This document shows, in pieces, positions 55,076 through 64,000 of a stretch of 64,000 nt of DNA. The notes under the pieces are model-generated. The model worked only from the letters and a program-made list of their open reading frames with translations, did not search any database and was not told where the DNA came from. The translations under genes were made by a program, and so were the position numbers. The stretch is from Candidatus Dojkabacteria bacterium. Lineage in GTDB: Bacteria > Patescibacteriota > Dojkabacteria > SC72. Each line of letters starts with the position of its first letter. The stretch's first letter is position 1. The stretch lies in NCBI GenBank assembly GCA_040767225.1, contig JAXGOY010000003.1, positions 2,031 to 66,030 on the forward strand. The letters are read 5' to 3'.

Positions 55076-56419
55076 ATGAGAAAATACAACTACATTATTG
55101 TTGGTGCTGGTCCTGCAGGATTGTTCGCTTGTTATGAACTTCTTAAGAAAAAAGGGTATGGTAGTATCCTCCTTGTTGATATGGGTAAGCGAATTGAGAA
55201 GCGGAAACCTAGTGAGGTAATGACAGGGATTGGAGGTGCAGGAACATTTTCAGATGGAAAGCTTACTCTTTCTCCAAGTCTTTCTCATGAGAAAGCTCTT
55301 CATTTAGTTTCAAAACAGGAGTATCAGGATATATTAAATTATGTAGATAGTATATTTACTAAGTTTGGTGTTGACTCTCCATACTATCCTAAAGAAACAG
55401 ATGAGCTTAGAAAGCTTATTGAAGAAGCAGAGGTAAATGATGTTAATCTTGTTGTACGAAGAGCAAGACATGTAGGGTCTGATAAGTTAAAAAACTTTGT
55501 TAAGAACTTTCAGGAATATATTCTTTCTAAAGGAGTTGAGATAATGGATAGTACAGTAGTAGATGATATTCTTGTTTCTGAAGGTAAAGTTCAAGGAGTT
55601 GTTACTAAAGAAGGAAAGAAATTTTTTGCTGATAAAGTACTACTTGCTCCTGGCAGAGTTAATGCTAGATGGCTTCAGATATTAGCTGATAAATATGGAA
55701 TTAAATATGTTAATGATAAGGTAGAGGTTGGTGTAAGAGTAGAATTTCCTTCCCTTATCATGCGAAGACAGGCAGAAGTCTTGTATGAAGTGGTTTATAA
55801 AATTAGAACTAAGACATATCAAGACATCGTAAGAACATTTTGCAGCTGTCCTAACGGTAAAGTTTCTGTAGAAGATTATGGTAGCTATGTCTGTGTTAAT
55901 GGATATTCTAATTCTGATAATAGTGATAAAAATTCGAACTTTGCTTTTCTTTGTGAAGTAAGTTTAAAAGAGCCTCTTGAGAATTCAATAGCATATGCAA
56001 AATCTATAGCAGAGCTTACTTCTTTGCTTGGAGGAGGAAAGCCGTTGCTTCAAACTTTGTATGACTTTAGAGATGGAAGAAGAAGTACATGGTCTAGGCT
56101 TGAGAAATCTTTTGTTGAGCCATCCCTAAAAGATGTTGTTCCTGGTGATATTGCAATGGGGTTTCCTCATAGAATTGTTCAAAATATTATTGAAGGGCTT
56201 GAAATACTTGATAGGGTAATGCCTGGAATTAATTCTGGTTCTACTCTTCTTTATGCTCCTGAGGTTAAGTTCAGATCTTCTAGCATACAAACAGATAAAA
56301 TACTGCAGACAGCTGTTAGTGGATTATTTGTTGCAGGAGATGCCTCTGGTGCATCAGGTTCAATTACTGGAGCTGCTGCAACAGGTATTATTGCTGCTAG
56401 AGGAATGAGTATTAGTTAA
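55076..56419 (+). CDS. FAD-dependent oxidoreductase (COG2509-like uncharacterised FAD-dependent dehydrogenase)
   Basis: N-terminal dinucleotide-binding YNYIIVGAGPAGLFACYEL, second GG motif TGIGGAGTFSDGKL. About 450 aa with the C-terminal domain typical of this family. Confidence 0.6.
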   Translation: MRKYNYIIVGAGPAGLFACYELLKKKGYGSILLVDMGKRIEKRKPSEVMTGIGGAGTFSDGKLTLSPSLSHEKALHLVSKQEYQDILNYVDSIFTKFGVDSPYYPKETDELRKLIEEAEVNDVNLVVRRARHVGSDKLKNFVKNFQEYILSKGVEIMDSTVVDDILVSEGKVQGVVTKEGKKFFADKVLLAPGRVNARWLQILADKYGIKYVNDKVEVGVRVEFPSLIMRRQAEVLYEVVYKIRTKTYQDIVRTFCSCPNGKVSVEDYGSYVCVNGYSNSDNSDKNSNFAFLCEVSLKEPLENSIAYAKSIAELTSLLGGGKPLLQTLYDFRDGRRSTWSRLEKSFVEPSLKDVVPGDIAMGFPHRIVQNIIEGLEILDRVMPGINSGSTLLYAPEVKFRSSSIQTDKILQTAVSGLFVAGDASGASGSITGAAATGIIAARGMSIS

Positions 56420-57179
56420 ATACAGTTGACAAGTTTTTAGTAACAAATATTTTTGCATGAGCCCTCTGCTCTACTTCTACATACTTATTTGTATGTGTTA
56501 GATATACAGCATATTTATAACCTGCATCAATAGCGGCATAAATATCGGATGTAAGACTATCTCCTACTACAAGGGTTCTTTTAGGATTAATTTTGTGATA
56601 CTTTCCTGCTTTTATCCATCCTTCTTTATCTTTTAAATCTGTAATATCAGTTGTAAAGAATGGTATTTCTATATCTTTCCCATATTTTTTAAAATACTCA
56701 TTTCTAATTCTATCTACTTTTATTTTTGTCCACTCATTTTGTGCATGAGAGTATACACCTATTGGTATGTTAAAGCTTTTAATTTTTTGTATAGCTCCTA
56801 TTGTATATGGGAATGGCTGCGGAGAGGTTAAATAGAACTCTTTGTATGAAGATTTTAATTCCTTATACACCTTCTTTTTATTAATTTTTACTTTCTTTTC
56901 TTTAAGATATTGAGATAATGCTAATTCAGATAGTGTATCAACAAGTATAGGATATTTTTGTTGTTCATATATTTTATTAGCTATATCAACAATTTCTTTA
57001 GTAATTTTTAACTGTTTCTTTAAGGGTTTAGCAGGAAATATTTTACTTACCGTATGAAGTATAGAATTAGTCATTTCTTCTTGAAAATATGCATGAGTAT
57101 CGACTAGTGTTCTATCCATATCAAAAAGAACAAAGGTAATAATACTGCTCTTAAAAAGTTTTTTAATTTCTCTGTTCAT
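56412..57179 (-). CDS. HAD-superfamily hydrolase
   Basis: Motif I FDMDRTLVDT (DxDxT), motif III/IV VVGDSLTSDIYAAIDAGY. Confidence 0.65.
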   Translation of the reverse strand: MNREIKKLFKSSIITFVLFDMDRTLVDTHAYFQEEMTNSILHTVSKIFPAKPLKKQLKITKEIVDIANKIYEQQKYPILVDTLSELALSQYLKEKKVKINKKKVYKELKSSYKEFYLTSPQPFPYTIGAIQKIKSFNIPIGVYSHAQNEWTKIKVDRIRNEYFKKYGKDIEIPFFTTDITDLKDKEGWIKAGKYHKINPKRTLVVGDSLTSDIYAAIDAGYKYAVYLTHTNKYVEVEQRAHAKIFVTKNLSTVFN

Positions 57180-57798
57180 TTTCTACTTTGCTTTTTCTGT
57201 CTTTATGGTTGTATATAAATATGGGCCAGATACTGCTTAAAATGATGAGCACTCCTGCTCCTGCTATTACTTTATCAAAGTAAGCTTCTCCTAAGCTTGC
57301 TATTGTTCCTCCGATAATTCCTAGTGAACCAGTAAGTGCACTCATAACTGTCTCATATCTAGCATATTCTCTTCCTTCTTTTCCCTCCTGAATATTTAAA
57401 GCAAAGAGTTTTCTCCATGTAGTTATATTAAGTGCTGTACCTAAACCGAATACAAACTGGAGAACAAAGTAATGTATAGGGGCGGAGATTTGGGAGTAGA
57501 AAAGAAATGGAAAACCCATGAGAAGAATACCAAGAGTTAAGAGAAGTATTTCATCTTTATCTCCTTTTAGTTTATCAGTGATTCTTCCTATTGGTATTTG
57601 AAATATTGCTCTTGTAAAAAAGTATATGGATGTTCCTATTGCTACATATTGTACTGCATTTTTATTTAATTTCTGTGAGAGGTATAAACCTGTAAAAGCT
57701 GTAATTATGGTATATGTCCCCCATGAGAATACATCAGATAGGGTGAGATATACTATCACCTTATTTATTTTTTCAATTCTTTTAGACAGTTTACTCAT
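57163..57798 (-). CDS. Half-size MFS-like membrane protein (6 TM)
   Basis: Six TM helices with the MFS loop 2-3 motif GRITDKLKGDK. Only 211 aa (N-terminal half of a canonical 12-TM MFS). Confidence 0.45.
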   Translation of the reverse strand: MSKLSKRIEKINKVIVYLTLSDVFSWGTYTIITAFTGLYLSQKLNKNAVQYVAIGTSIYFFTRAIFQIPIGRITDKLKGDKDEILLLTLGILLMGFPFLFYSQISAPIHYFVLQFVFGLGTALNITTWRKLFALNIQEGKEGREYARYETVMSALTGSLGIIGGTIASLGEAYFDKVIAGAGVLIILSSIWPIFIYNHKDRKSKVENEQRN

Positions 57799-57800
57799 AT

Positions 57801-58232
57801 TTAATTCTGTTTGTTAGGCATACACCACTCTTTAAATTCTTCTTCCTCTGGTTTATGAACTTCTATTTCTAAGCATATGTCATTGTAGTACAAATGATCT
57901 TTTAAAGGCTTTATATCTTTCTCATTTACCTGATTAAAATGTATTTCAGTATCTAACCTTTCTTGACTTAAAGGCCCATATATTATTATAGATTTAGGAA
58001 GTAGTGCTCCATCTTTTGAACTGTATTCGACCTGACCATCTGGATAGTATACTTTTAAATAATCCTCTCCTTCCTCTATTCCATAGGGCTCTTTTTTTAG
58101 TTCTTGTATTTCTTTTATTCCTAAGAAATCATTTTCTGGATTGATTGGAAAAGGAAGATGTTTTAGCATTCCATTATGAACTATTGTTGGTCTTTCTGTT
58201 TGAAGAACCTCAAGATACTCTTTTACTGTCAT
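57801..58232 (-). CDS. Hypothetical protein (no recognisable domain)
   Basis: 143 aa, acidic. Start overlaps the stop of the upstream protease (ATGA); 3-nt gap to the downstream MFS-like gene. Coding plausibility rests on operon context. Confidence 0.35.
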   Translation of the reverse strand: MTVKEYLEVLQTERPTIVHNGMLKHLPFPINPENDFLGIKEIQELKKEPYGIEEGEDYLKVYYPDGQVEYSSKDGALLPKSIIIYGPLSQERLDTEIHFNQVNEKDIKPLKDHLYYNDICLEIEVHKPEEEEFKEWCMPNKQN

Positions 58233-60175
58233 ATGTTTTGAGTGTTTAATTTAGATTGAGGCAGTTGTTTCTGTTTATCAGAAATCTTTTTTAAGTTTAT
58301 GAACAATAATACTACAGCAACTATTAATAATACAACCAAAATTACTAAGGTTAATATTTTTGTAGTTTGACTGTTAAAGTCTATTATAGAAGTTTTGTCT
58401 TCTCCTGCTGCAATTTTACTACTGCACAAATCTATTAAAGGTTGAATGGTTGTTGTAAGTGCAGGCTGTGAAATAAGCATAGCTTGTAGGTTGTCATAAG
58501 CTCTTTTGTAGTGTGAAGCAGACATATCTGAAAGAGAGTTTTCTAAACTTTCTCTCATTGAATTGCTCTGTGGTTGAATAGAAGCGGTTTCTAAGAAAGA
58601 TAAAAGTTCTTTTGCAGATATTCCAAAATTATAATTTCCACTATCAGAACTAAGTTTGTATGTAGCTATTCCTACTGCACATCCATCTTCATTAACAATA
58701 GGTCCTCCACTATTCCCATTTTGTACTGCAGCATCTATCTGTATTAATTCAAATGTGTTATTACTATTTGGTTTTATTGCACTTACACTACCCTCTGTGA
58801 CTGTTGAACTTAGTACTTGCGTGCTGCTTACCAGTTCAGAATTATCAACTAATCCAGGATAACCAATCACATATACTTTTTTACCAACAGATATATTTTT
58901 CTCAATAGGTATTGATGGTAAGTTAAGAGTATCTACAGTTTGTATTACAGCAATGTCTGCAGTATCAGCAAGATTAGTATCTTGTGAAATCTGGGATTCA
59001 TAGGTAGAGGATATTTTGTTGCTCTTTATCAAATTAGCCTTAATATGTTTTTCCTTGTTTTTAAGTGCTGCTGTTTTTTCATCTATTTCAAATGTTGTAT
59101 TGTTTTGTATGTATATATCTCTGCTTAAATTAGAGATGGATACATAGCTTTTATTATACATTTCAAGGAGGTAAGAATAGGTAAGGTTTGCCATCTCCTC
59201 TTCTGATATTTCCTGAGTACTATCATTAAGGGCAGACAGCATTAAAATTATTAAATCATTTACCATATCTTCTTCATATGACCCATCTGTAGAGCTTCCT
59301 TCAAGTAGAAGATCAAAATCATTGTAGTCTGCAATATGAGCATTTGTTACAATATGGCCGCTATCATCAATTACAAATCCACTTCCAAGAGTTGTTGCAC
59401 AAAGTGTGTATGTATTTCCTCCTACACTTAATGGCTTTAAAGAATCAGAAAACTTAACATTATTACACTTTTGACTGTATATCCTTACGGTTGATGCTTG
59501 ACCTAGTATTTGTGCTTGATTCACAACTGAAGAGGTTGCAGAAAGTACGCCACTAGTTTTTGATTTCTGAGTGGCTAAAGTTAAAGATTCCATTAGCTCT
59601 GTTAAAATCCTTGTTGTTCTTAAATCATCTTTAAAATTGTATCCCCATATCTGCATATATACGGTTATGTTATCTGGGAAATGTTTATGTATTACAGTTA
59701 AATATTCTATCTTTTGAGCTTCTCCATTTATAATTGAAGGAATATTGTAAGAGAAAAGTGTTCTTCCTACTCCATTATCATTAATTGTTTCTAGATATTT
59801 TAAATCTGGATAAATATCCTTTATATCTTTATCACTAACCTTTCGTATTGTTGCAGCTTTGAATGGGAGGCTATTATTTAAAGTAGAGAGGGTAATATAG
59901 TTAGCGTTTTCAGATACTGTAAAAAGATTGCTATCATATACAAACTCAACATCTAAAACATCTGAAAAATAGTTTGTATAACTGCTTGTGTTTACCTGAT
60001 TATTTATTGCAAAAGTGCTTTCTCCTTTTACCTGTTCCTCAGTTTTAAGATTCTTACCAACTAGAAAAATACTTGTTGATAATACAGTTATTACAAGTAT
60101 TAAAAAGAGAGAAACAGCTCTTAGAGATTGGATCTGTTTTTTAATTTCTCTTTTTTTCTTGTTTCTTCTGCTCAT
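58229..60175 (-). CDS. Membrane-anchored trypsin-like (S1/HtrA-type) serine protease with N- and C-terminal TM segments
   Basis: Catalytic triad context GSGFVIDDSGHIVTNAHIA (His), DIAVIQT (Asp), GNSGGPIVNEDGCAVGIA (Ser). N-terminal TM after the KKKREIKK stretch. C-terminal TM ILTLVILVVLLIVAVVLLFINL. Confidence 0.75.
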   Translation of the reverse strand: MSRRNKKKREIKKQIQSLRAVSLFLILVITVLSTSIFLVGKNLKTEEQVKGESTFAINNQVNTSSYTNYFSDVLDVEFVYDSNLFTVSENANYITLSTLNNSLPFKAATIRKVSDKDIKDIYPDLKYLETINDNGVGRTLFSYNIPSIINGEAQKIEYLTVIHKHFPDNITVYMQIWGYNFKDDLRTTRILTELMESLTLATQKSKTSGVLSATSSVVNQAQILGQASTVRIYSQKCNNVKFSDSLKPLSVGGNTYTLCATTLGSGFVIDDSGHIVTNAHIADYNDFDLLLEGSSTDGSYEEDMVNDLIILMLSALNDSTQEISEEEMANLTYSYLLEMYNKSYVSISNLSRDIYIQNNTTFEIDEKTAALKNKEKHIKANLIKSNKISSTYESQISQDTNLADTADIAVIQTVDTLNLPSIPIEKNISVGKKVYVIGYPGLVDNSELVSSTQVLSSTVTEGSVSAIKPNSNNTFELIQIDAAVQNGNSGGPIVNEDGCAVGIATYKLSSDSGNYNFGISAKELLSFLETASIQPQSNSMRESLENSLSDMSASHYKRAYDNLQAMLISQPALTTTIQPLIDLCSSKIAAGEDKTSIIDFNSQTTKILTLVILVVLLIVAVVLLFINLKKISDKQKQLPQSKLNTQNI

Positions 60176-60244
60176 TTAAAAGTTTTAGGAAATTATTTGT
60201 TAATATAATTTAGCACAGCCAATTAGTTTACACAAATATTTAAT

Positions 60245-61315
60245 CTAAGTGATAATTCCTCCTCCCACGACATATTGGTCATTGTAAAATACAACTGCTT
60301 GTCCTTTTGTTATCGCCCTTTGAGCTGTTGTAAAAATTACCTTTACCCTATTGTTCTCTAAAGCAGATATTATGGCATCAGCGGGCTTTGCCCCATACCT
60401 TATCTTTGCTTTTACTTTCATTTCTTTTTCTAATTTATCAATCATTATCCAATTTAAATCTTTTGCAATAAGGTGGGTAGAAACCAATTCTTTATTAGAA
60501 CCAAGTAATATTCTGTTATTTTCTTTATCTATATCTAGCACATACATTGGTTTACCTGTTGAGATACCAAGTTTTCTTCTTTGACCAATTGTATAGTTTG
60601 TAATACCACTATGATATCCTAGTACATTTCCCTTACTGTCGACAAACTCTCCTTTTGGCATGTTTTGAGTTTTATATTTATTGATAAACTTCTTGTAATT
60701 GTTATCCTTTATAAAACAGATTTCTTGACTTTCACTTTTATGTGATACAGGAAGTTTAGCTTTTTGAGCAATATCTCTTACCTGTTTTTTTGTATACTGT
60801 CCAAGTGGAAATATACTGCGAGAGAGTTGTTTTTGAGTAAGGTTGTAAAGAAAGTAGCTTTGATCTTTTTTCTCATCTATTCCTTTTTTTAAGAGGTATT
60901 TACCGTTTTTTCCCTCAACTGAAGCATAGTGTCCTGTTGAAATATATTTAATTCCAAGCTCATCTGCCTTAAGAAGAAGTCCTTCAAATTTCACAAATCT
61001 ATTGCATATTACACATGGATTAGGAGTTCTTCCGTTCTCATATTCAGAGATGAAGTAATCAACAACATATTTTTTAAAATCTTTTTCTACATTAAATACA
61101 AGATGTGGAATATCTAAAATCTTGCATGTATCTTTAGCATCTTTTACATTCTTCTGGAAATCTGAATCATTTTCATTAAACATTGCAAGGGTAATTCCAG
61201 TTACATTAAAGCCTTGTTTTTTAAGAAGGTATGCAGCTGTTGAGCTATCAACACCACCACTCATTCCAAGAAGTACACTCTGTTTACTTTTTCTCATGTT
61301 TCTTTTTGTAATCAT
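60245..61315 (-). CDS. mnmA: tRNA-specific 2-thiouridylase MnmA
   Basis: PP-loop SGGVDSSTAAYLL, conserved Cys (NPCVICN), C-terminal beta-barrel domain. Confidence 0.9.
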   Translation of the reverse strand: MITKRNMRKSKQSVLLGMSGGVDSSTAAYLLKKQGFNVTGITLAMFNENDSDFQKNVKDAKDTCKILDIPHLVFNVEKDFKKYVVDYFISEYENGRTPNPCVICNRFVKFEGLLLKADELGIKYISTGHYASVEGKNGKYLLKKGIDEKKDQSYFLYNLTQKQLSRSIFPLGQYTKKQVRDIAQKAKLPVSHKSESQEICFIKDNNYKKFINKYKTQNMPKGEFVDSKGNVLGYHSGITNYTIGQRRKLGISTGKPMYVLDIDKENNRILLGSNKELVSTHLIAKDLNWIMIDKLEKEMKVKAKIRYGAKPADAIISALENNRVKVIFTTAQRAITKGQAVVFYNDQYVVGGGIIT

Positions 61316-61664
61316 CTATTGCAGCTTTAATACCCTCTTCTGCAAGAAGTGAGCAGTGCATTTTTATAGGGGGAAGGCCATCTAGTGCTTCTGCAACTTG
61401 TTTATTTGTAATCTCAAGTGCTTCTTCAATAGTTTTTCCTTTTACCATTTCTGTCACCATACTGCTTGTTGCAACGGCAGCACCGCATCCATATGTAAGA
61501 AATTTAATATCTGTAATTACATTATCTTTTACTTTAATATACATTCTCATGATGTCACCACATACAGGATTTCCAACTTCTCCTATTCCATCTGCATCTT
61601 TTATTTCTCCTACATTTCTTGGGTTAAGAAAATGATCCATTACTTTTTTACTATACTGTTCCAT
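61284..61664 (-). CDS. nifU: Fe-S cluster assembly scaffold NifU/IscU-type
   Basis: GNPVCGD, GCGAAVATSS, HCSLLAEEG: the three conserved Cys motifs of the U-type scaffold. Confidence 0.9.
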   Translation of the reverse strand: MEQYSKKVMDHFLNPRNVGEIKDADGIGEVGNPVCGDIMRMYIKVKDNVITDIKFLTYGCGAAVATSSMVTEMVKGKTIEEALEITNKQVAEALDGLPPIKMHCSLLAEEGIKAAIDDYKKKHEKK

Positions 61665-61670
61665 ATTTTT

Positions 61671-62831
61671 TTATCTTTTAATTAAAGGTGATAATGCTCT
61701 TAATTTTTGTACAATAGAAGGAAGCTGACTAAGAACATAATCAACTTCTTCCTGTGTGTTTTCGTATGATAGTGTAAGTCTTAGAGAGCCATGTGCTATT
61801 TCAGCAGGAAGTCCTATTGCAAGGAGTACATGAGAGGGCTTAAGTGATGCAGAGGTGCATGCAGATCCACTTGATGCACAAACTCCAATTTGATCAAGCA
61901 GAAGTAGTACTGACTCTCCCTCAATATATTTAAAACAGACATTTACATTTCCGGGAAGTCTTAATTTAGGGTCTCCATTTAGAATTGTATCAGGTATTTT
62001 AAGTAAACCATTGATTAAATTATCTCTTAATTCTGTAACATACTTACTATGTTTATCCATATCTCTTACAGCCAGCTCTATTGCCTTTCCTAGTCCCACA
62101 ATACCTGCAACATTTTCTGTTCCTGCCCTAAGTTTTCTCTCCTGTGCTCCTCCATGTAAAAGATTTGATATTTTTGTTCCTCCCCTTATATACAATGCCC
62201 CTACTCCTTTGGGTCCGTTAAACTTGTGAGCTGATAGTGATAACAAATCTATATTTAATTCATTAACATCAATAGGGATGTGTCCTACAGCTTGTACTGC
62301 ATCAGTATGAAAGTATATTCCTTTTTCTTTAGCAATCTTTCCTATCTCTGCTATTGGCTGAATACTTCCTATCTCATTATTTGCAAACATTATTGAGATT
62401 AGAATAGTATCTTTTCTAATTGCTTTCTTTAACTCTTCTAAATTAATAATTCCATTGCTCGCAACAGGAAGGTATGTAACCTCAAAACCATGTTTTTCAA
62501 GATATTGGCATGTATGAAGTACAGCATGATGTTCAATACTGCTTGTTATTATATGTCTTCCCTTTTCTTTATTTGCATCTGCCACACCTTTAATAGCCCA
62601 GTTGTCTGATTCTGTTCCACCACTTGTAAAATATATTTCATTTTCTTGTGCATTTAAAGCAGTTGCTACTCTTCTTCTAGCTTCACTTATGGCAGAAGCA
62701 CTTTCCTGAGCAAGGGAATAAATACTAGAAGGATTTCCATAATTTTTTGTAAGATATGGCATCATTTCATCTAATACCTTATCAGAGAGCTTTGTTGTAG
62801 CTGCATTATCCATGTATATAATTTTTTTCAT
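61671..62831 (-). CDS. nifS: Cysteine desulfurase NifS/IscS-type
   Basis: PLP-fold class V aminotransferase. SSIEHHAVL, SLSAHKFNGPKGVGALY (PLP Lys), SSGSACTS (active-site Cys loop). Confidence 0.9.
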   Translation of the reverse strand: MKKIIYMDNAATTKLSDKVLDEMMPYLTKNYGNPSSIYSLAQESASAISEARRRVATALNAQENEIYFTSGGTESDNWAIKGVADANKEKGRHIITSSIEHHAVLHTCQYLEKHGFEVTYLPVASNGIINLEELKKAIRKDTILISIMFANNEIGSIQPIAEIGKIAKEKGIYFHTDAVQAVGHIPIDVNELNIDLLSLSAHKFNGPKGVGALYIRGGTKISNLLHGGAQERKLRAGTENVAGIVGLGKAIELAVRDMDKHSKYVTELRDNLINGLLKIPDTILNGDPKLRLPGNVNVCFKYIEGESVLLLLDQIGVCASSGSACTSASLKPSHVLLAIGLPAEIAHGSLRLTLSYENTQEEVDYVLSQLPSIVQKLRALSPLIKR

Positions 62832-62915
62832 AGAGAAGATTTTATCACTAAATAATGATAATTTTTAGCCCTTATAGTATACTACATATATTCTTGTATT
62901 CTAGATATTGTACAA

Positions 62916-63389
62916 ATGATAGAGAATGTACCTGGTATTGAAGAAAATATAGATGTTGAAAAAGTATTAAGTAATCTCTCGCAACAGTATCCTCAGATGT
63001 ATCTCAATTATCCTTTGGTATGTAATGATTTTGAATATGGATATCTTGAGGGAATGAACTCTTATGAATTTAAATTTGCATCATATTTAGTATCAAATAG
63101 TGCATTATTAGTCTTTAGAGAACCCAAAATAGAGGGATGTTTTCATATTCCTGACTTTTATATTTTTAACACTCTTTCTAATAGTGGCAGATTAGTTGAA
63201 TTAACTCTTTATGATAGTAATTACACAGGGTATAGAAATAGCAGAAGATCATATCAAGAAGTTAAAAAATCAATTAAAAGAAAACAGGAGCAGATAGAGG
63301 AGATAAAGGAATGTGGTATACCTTATGTGATTCTTTATAGAGAGCAGTTAGAAAATATTCGACAGAGATGTATAAAGAATCTATTTTAA
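62916..63389 (+). CDS. Hypothetical protein; weak resemblance to DUF559/Vsr-like (PD-(D/E)xK-fold) endonuclease domain
   Basis: 157 aa. HIPDFYIF...GRLVELTLYD...ECGIPYVILYREQL pattern is reminiscent of, but not diagnostic for, restriction-endonuclease-like folds. Confidence 0.35.
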   Translation: MIENVPGIEENIDVEKVLSNLSQQYPQMYLNYPLVCNDFEYGYLEGMNSYEFKFASYLVSNSALLVFREPKIEGCFHIPDFYIFNTLSNSGRLVELTLYDSNYTGYRNSRRSYQEVKKSIKRKQEQIEEIKECGIPYVILYREQLENIRQRCIKNLF

Positions 63390-64000
63390 ATATATATTCT
63401 TGGTACTCTTTGTGATATTGCTGTGAGTATTGTATATGGAGATTGTGAGGTATTTTCGCATATATTCCATAAATTAATTTTTTCTCCAAAGAGCTCAACA
63501 GAATCTCCTACATAAGCCTCTCCATTTCCAATATTTACCATGCATTGATCCATACACACTTTTCCTACAATTGGGTAAGTCTTTCCATTTATGTATACTT
63601 TCCCTTTGTTGCTAAACTCAGTACTATATCCATCTGCATAACCTATTGGCAGTGTTACTATTCTTGATTGTCTATTTAATTTATATGTTTTTCCATATCC
63701 TATGTATTTTCCTTTTTCTAAAACTTTAAAATATGATACTTCTGTTTTTAGTGTCATAGCAGGTTTAAGTAGTTTTTGTACATATTTATTAGGGCTGTAT
63801 CCATAAAGCATTAATCCTATACGTACAGTATCCTTAAGATCTAAATTATTAAAGTTGGAGGTAAAGGAAGAATTAGCAATATGAACATTTAGCTTAGCAA
63901 TATCTGTATATTTTGATAATGTTTTTAATACCTTTTCAAATCTTTCATATTGAAGCAGTGTATATTCTCTGTCACTATCCGCACAGCTAAAATGTGTATA
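63386..64000 (-). CDS. alr: Alanine racemase, C-terminal part (5' end beyond window)
   Basis: Frame continues to the window edge: HIANSSF...DTVRIGLMLYGYSP...GKVCMDQCMVNIG...RVPRIY, matching the alanine racemase C-terminal beta domain. Confidence 0.85.
   Translation of the reverse strand, partial: YTHFSCADSDREYTLLQYERFEKVLKTLSKYTDIAKLNVHIANSSFTSNFNNLDLKDTVRIGLMLYGYSPNKYVQKLLKPAMTLKTEVSYFKVLEKGKYIGYGKTYKLNRQSRIVTLPIGYADGYSTEFSNKGKVYINGKTYPIVGKVCMDQCMVNIGNGEAYVGDSVELFGEKINLWNICENTSQSPYTILTAISQRVPRIYI

Noticed and set aside
1-64000. CRISPR arrays, rRNA genes, transposases/integrases, restriction-modification or toxin-antitoxin modules
   Set aside because: Scanned the intergenic regions and ORF translations. 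No direct-repeat/spacer architecture, no rRNA-like conserved stretches, and no transposase, integrase, methylase-endonuclease or TA-like proteins were recognisable. All intergenic gaps are shorter than 310 nt.

Overview
This is an AT-rich (about 30-35% GC) bacterial window made up almost entirely of core housekeeping genes; alr, secG, pyk, the SBP gene and small hypotheticals are also present. Gene content and style suggest a reduced-genome organism, possibly a Patescibacteria/CPR-like lineage; that attribution is inference only. Standard code appears to be in use (TAA/TAG stops, long intact ORFs). Recognisable blocks: clpP-tig; mutS; hisS; PBP1A; the thrS-infC-rpmI-rplT-pheS-pheT cluster; tyrS; rarA; truB-rsmI-tatD; a rearranged dcw cluster (mraZ-rsmH-ftsL-ftsI-mraY, with murF divergent and ftsW-murG-murB-murA separate); pyruvate kinase; a PEP-synthase-like gene; three tRNAs; def; and nifS-nifU-mnmA. 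No CRISPR array, rRNA, or obvious mobile element was seen. Findings, in descending interest: (1) a roughly 2.5 kb gene-decay island where a SpoU/TrmH-family methyltransferase and recG are both shattered by multiple frameshifts and stops while flanking genes stay intact. (2) An 868-aa surface protein built from a DUF2341-like N-domain, three GW...GG..HxH (phage tail-collar/MdpB-like) repeats and three FN3-like YYWR(I/M)RFWD repeats. (3) hisS separated by a single in-frame TAA from an OmpR-type regulator with a degenerate, Asp-less receiver and no canonical start codon. (4) A chimeric Mur ligase with a MurC/D-type N-domain fused to a MurE-type core. (5) A sortase divergent from an Ig-like protein carrying a non-canonical C-terminal sorting-like signal. 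(6) infC with a low-complexity 3' extension overlapping rpmI by about 119 nt. Several frameshifts (SBP gene, spoU-like, recG) may alternatively reflect assembly indels, which read-level evidence would resolve.
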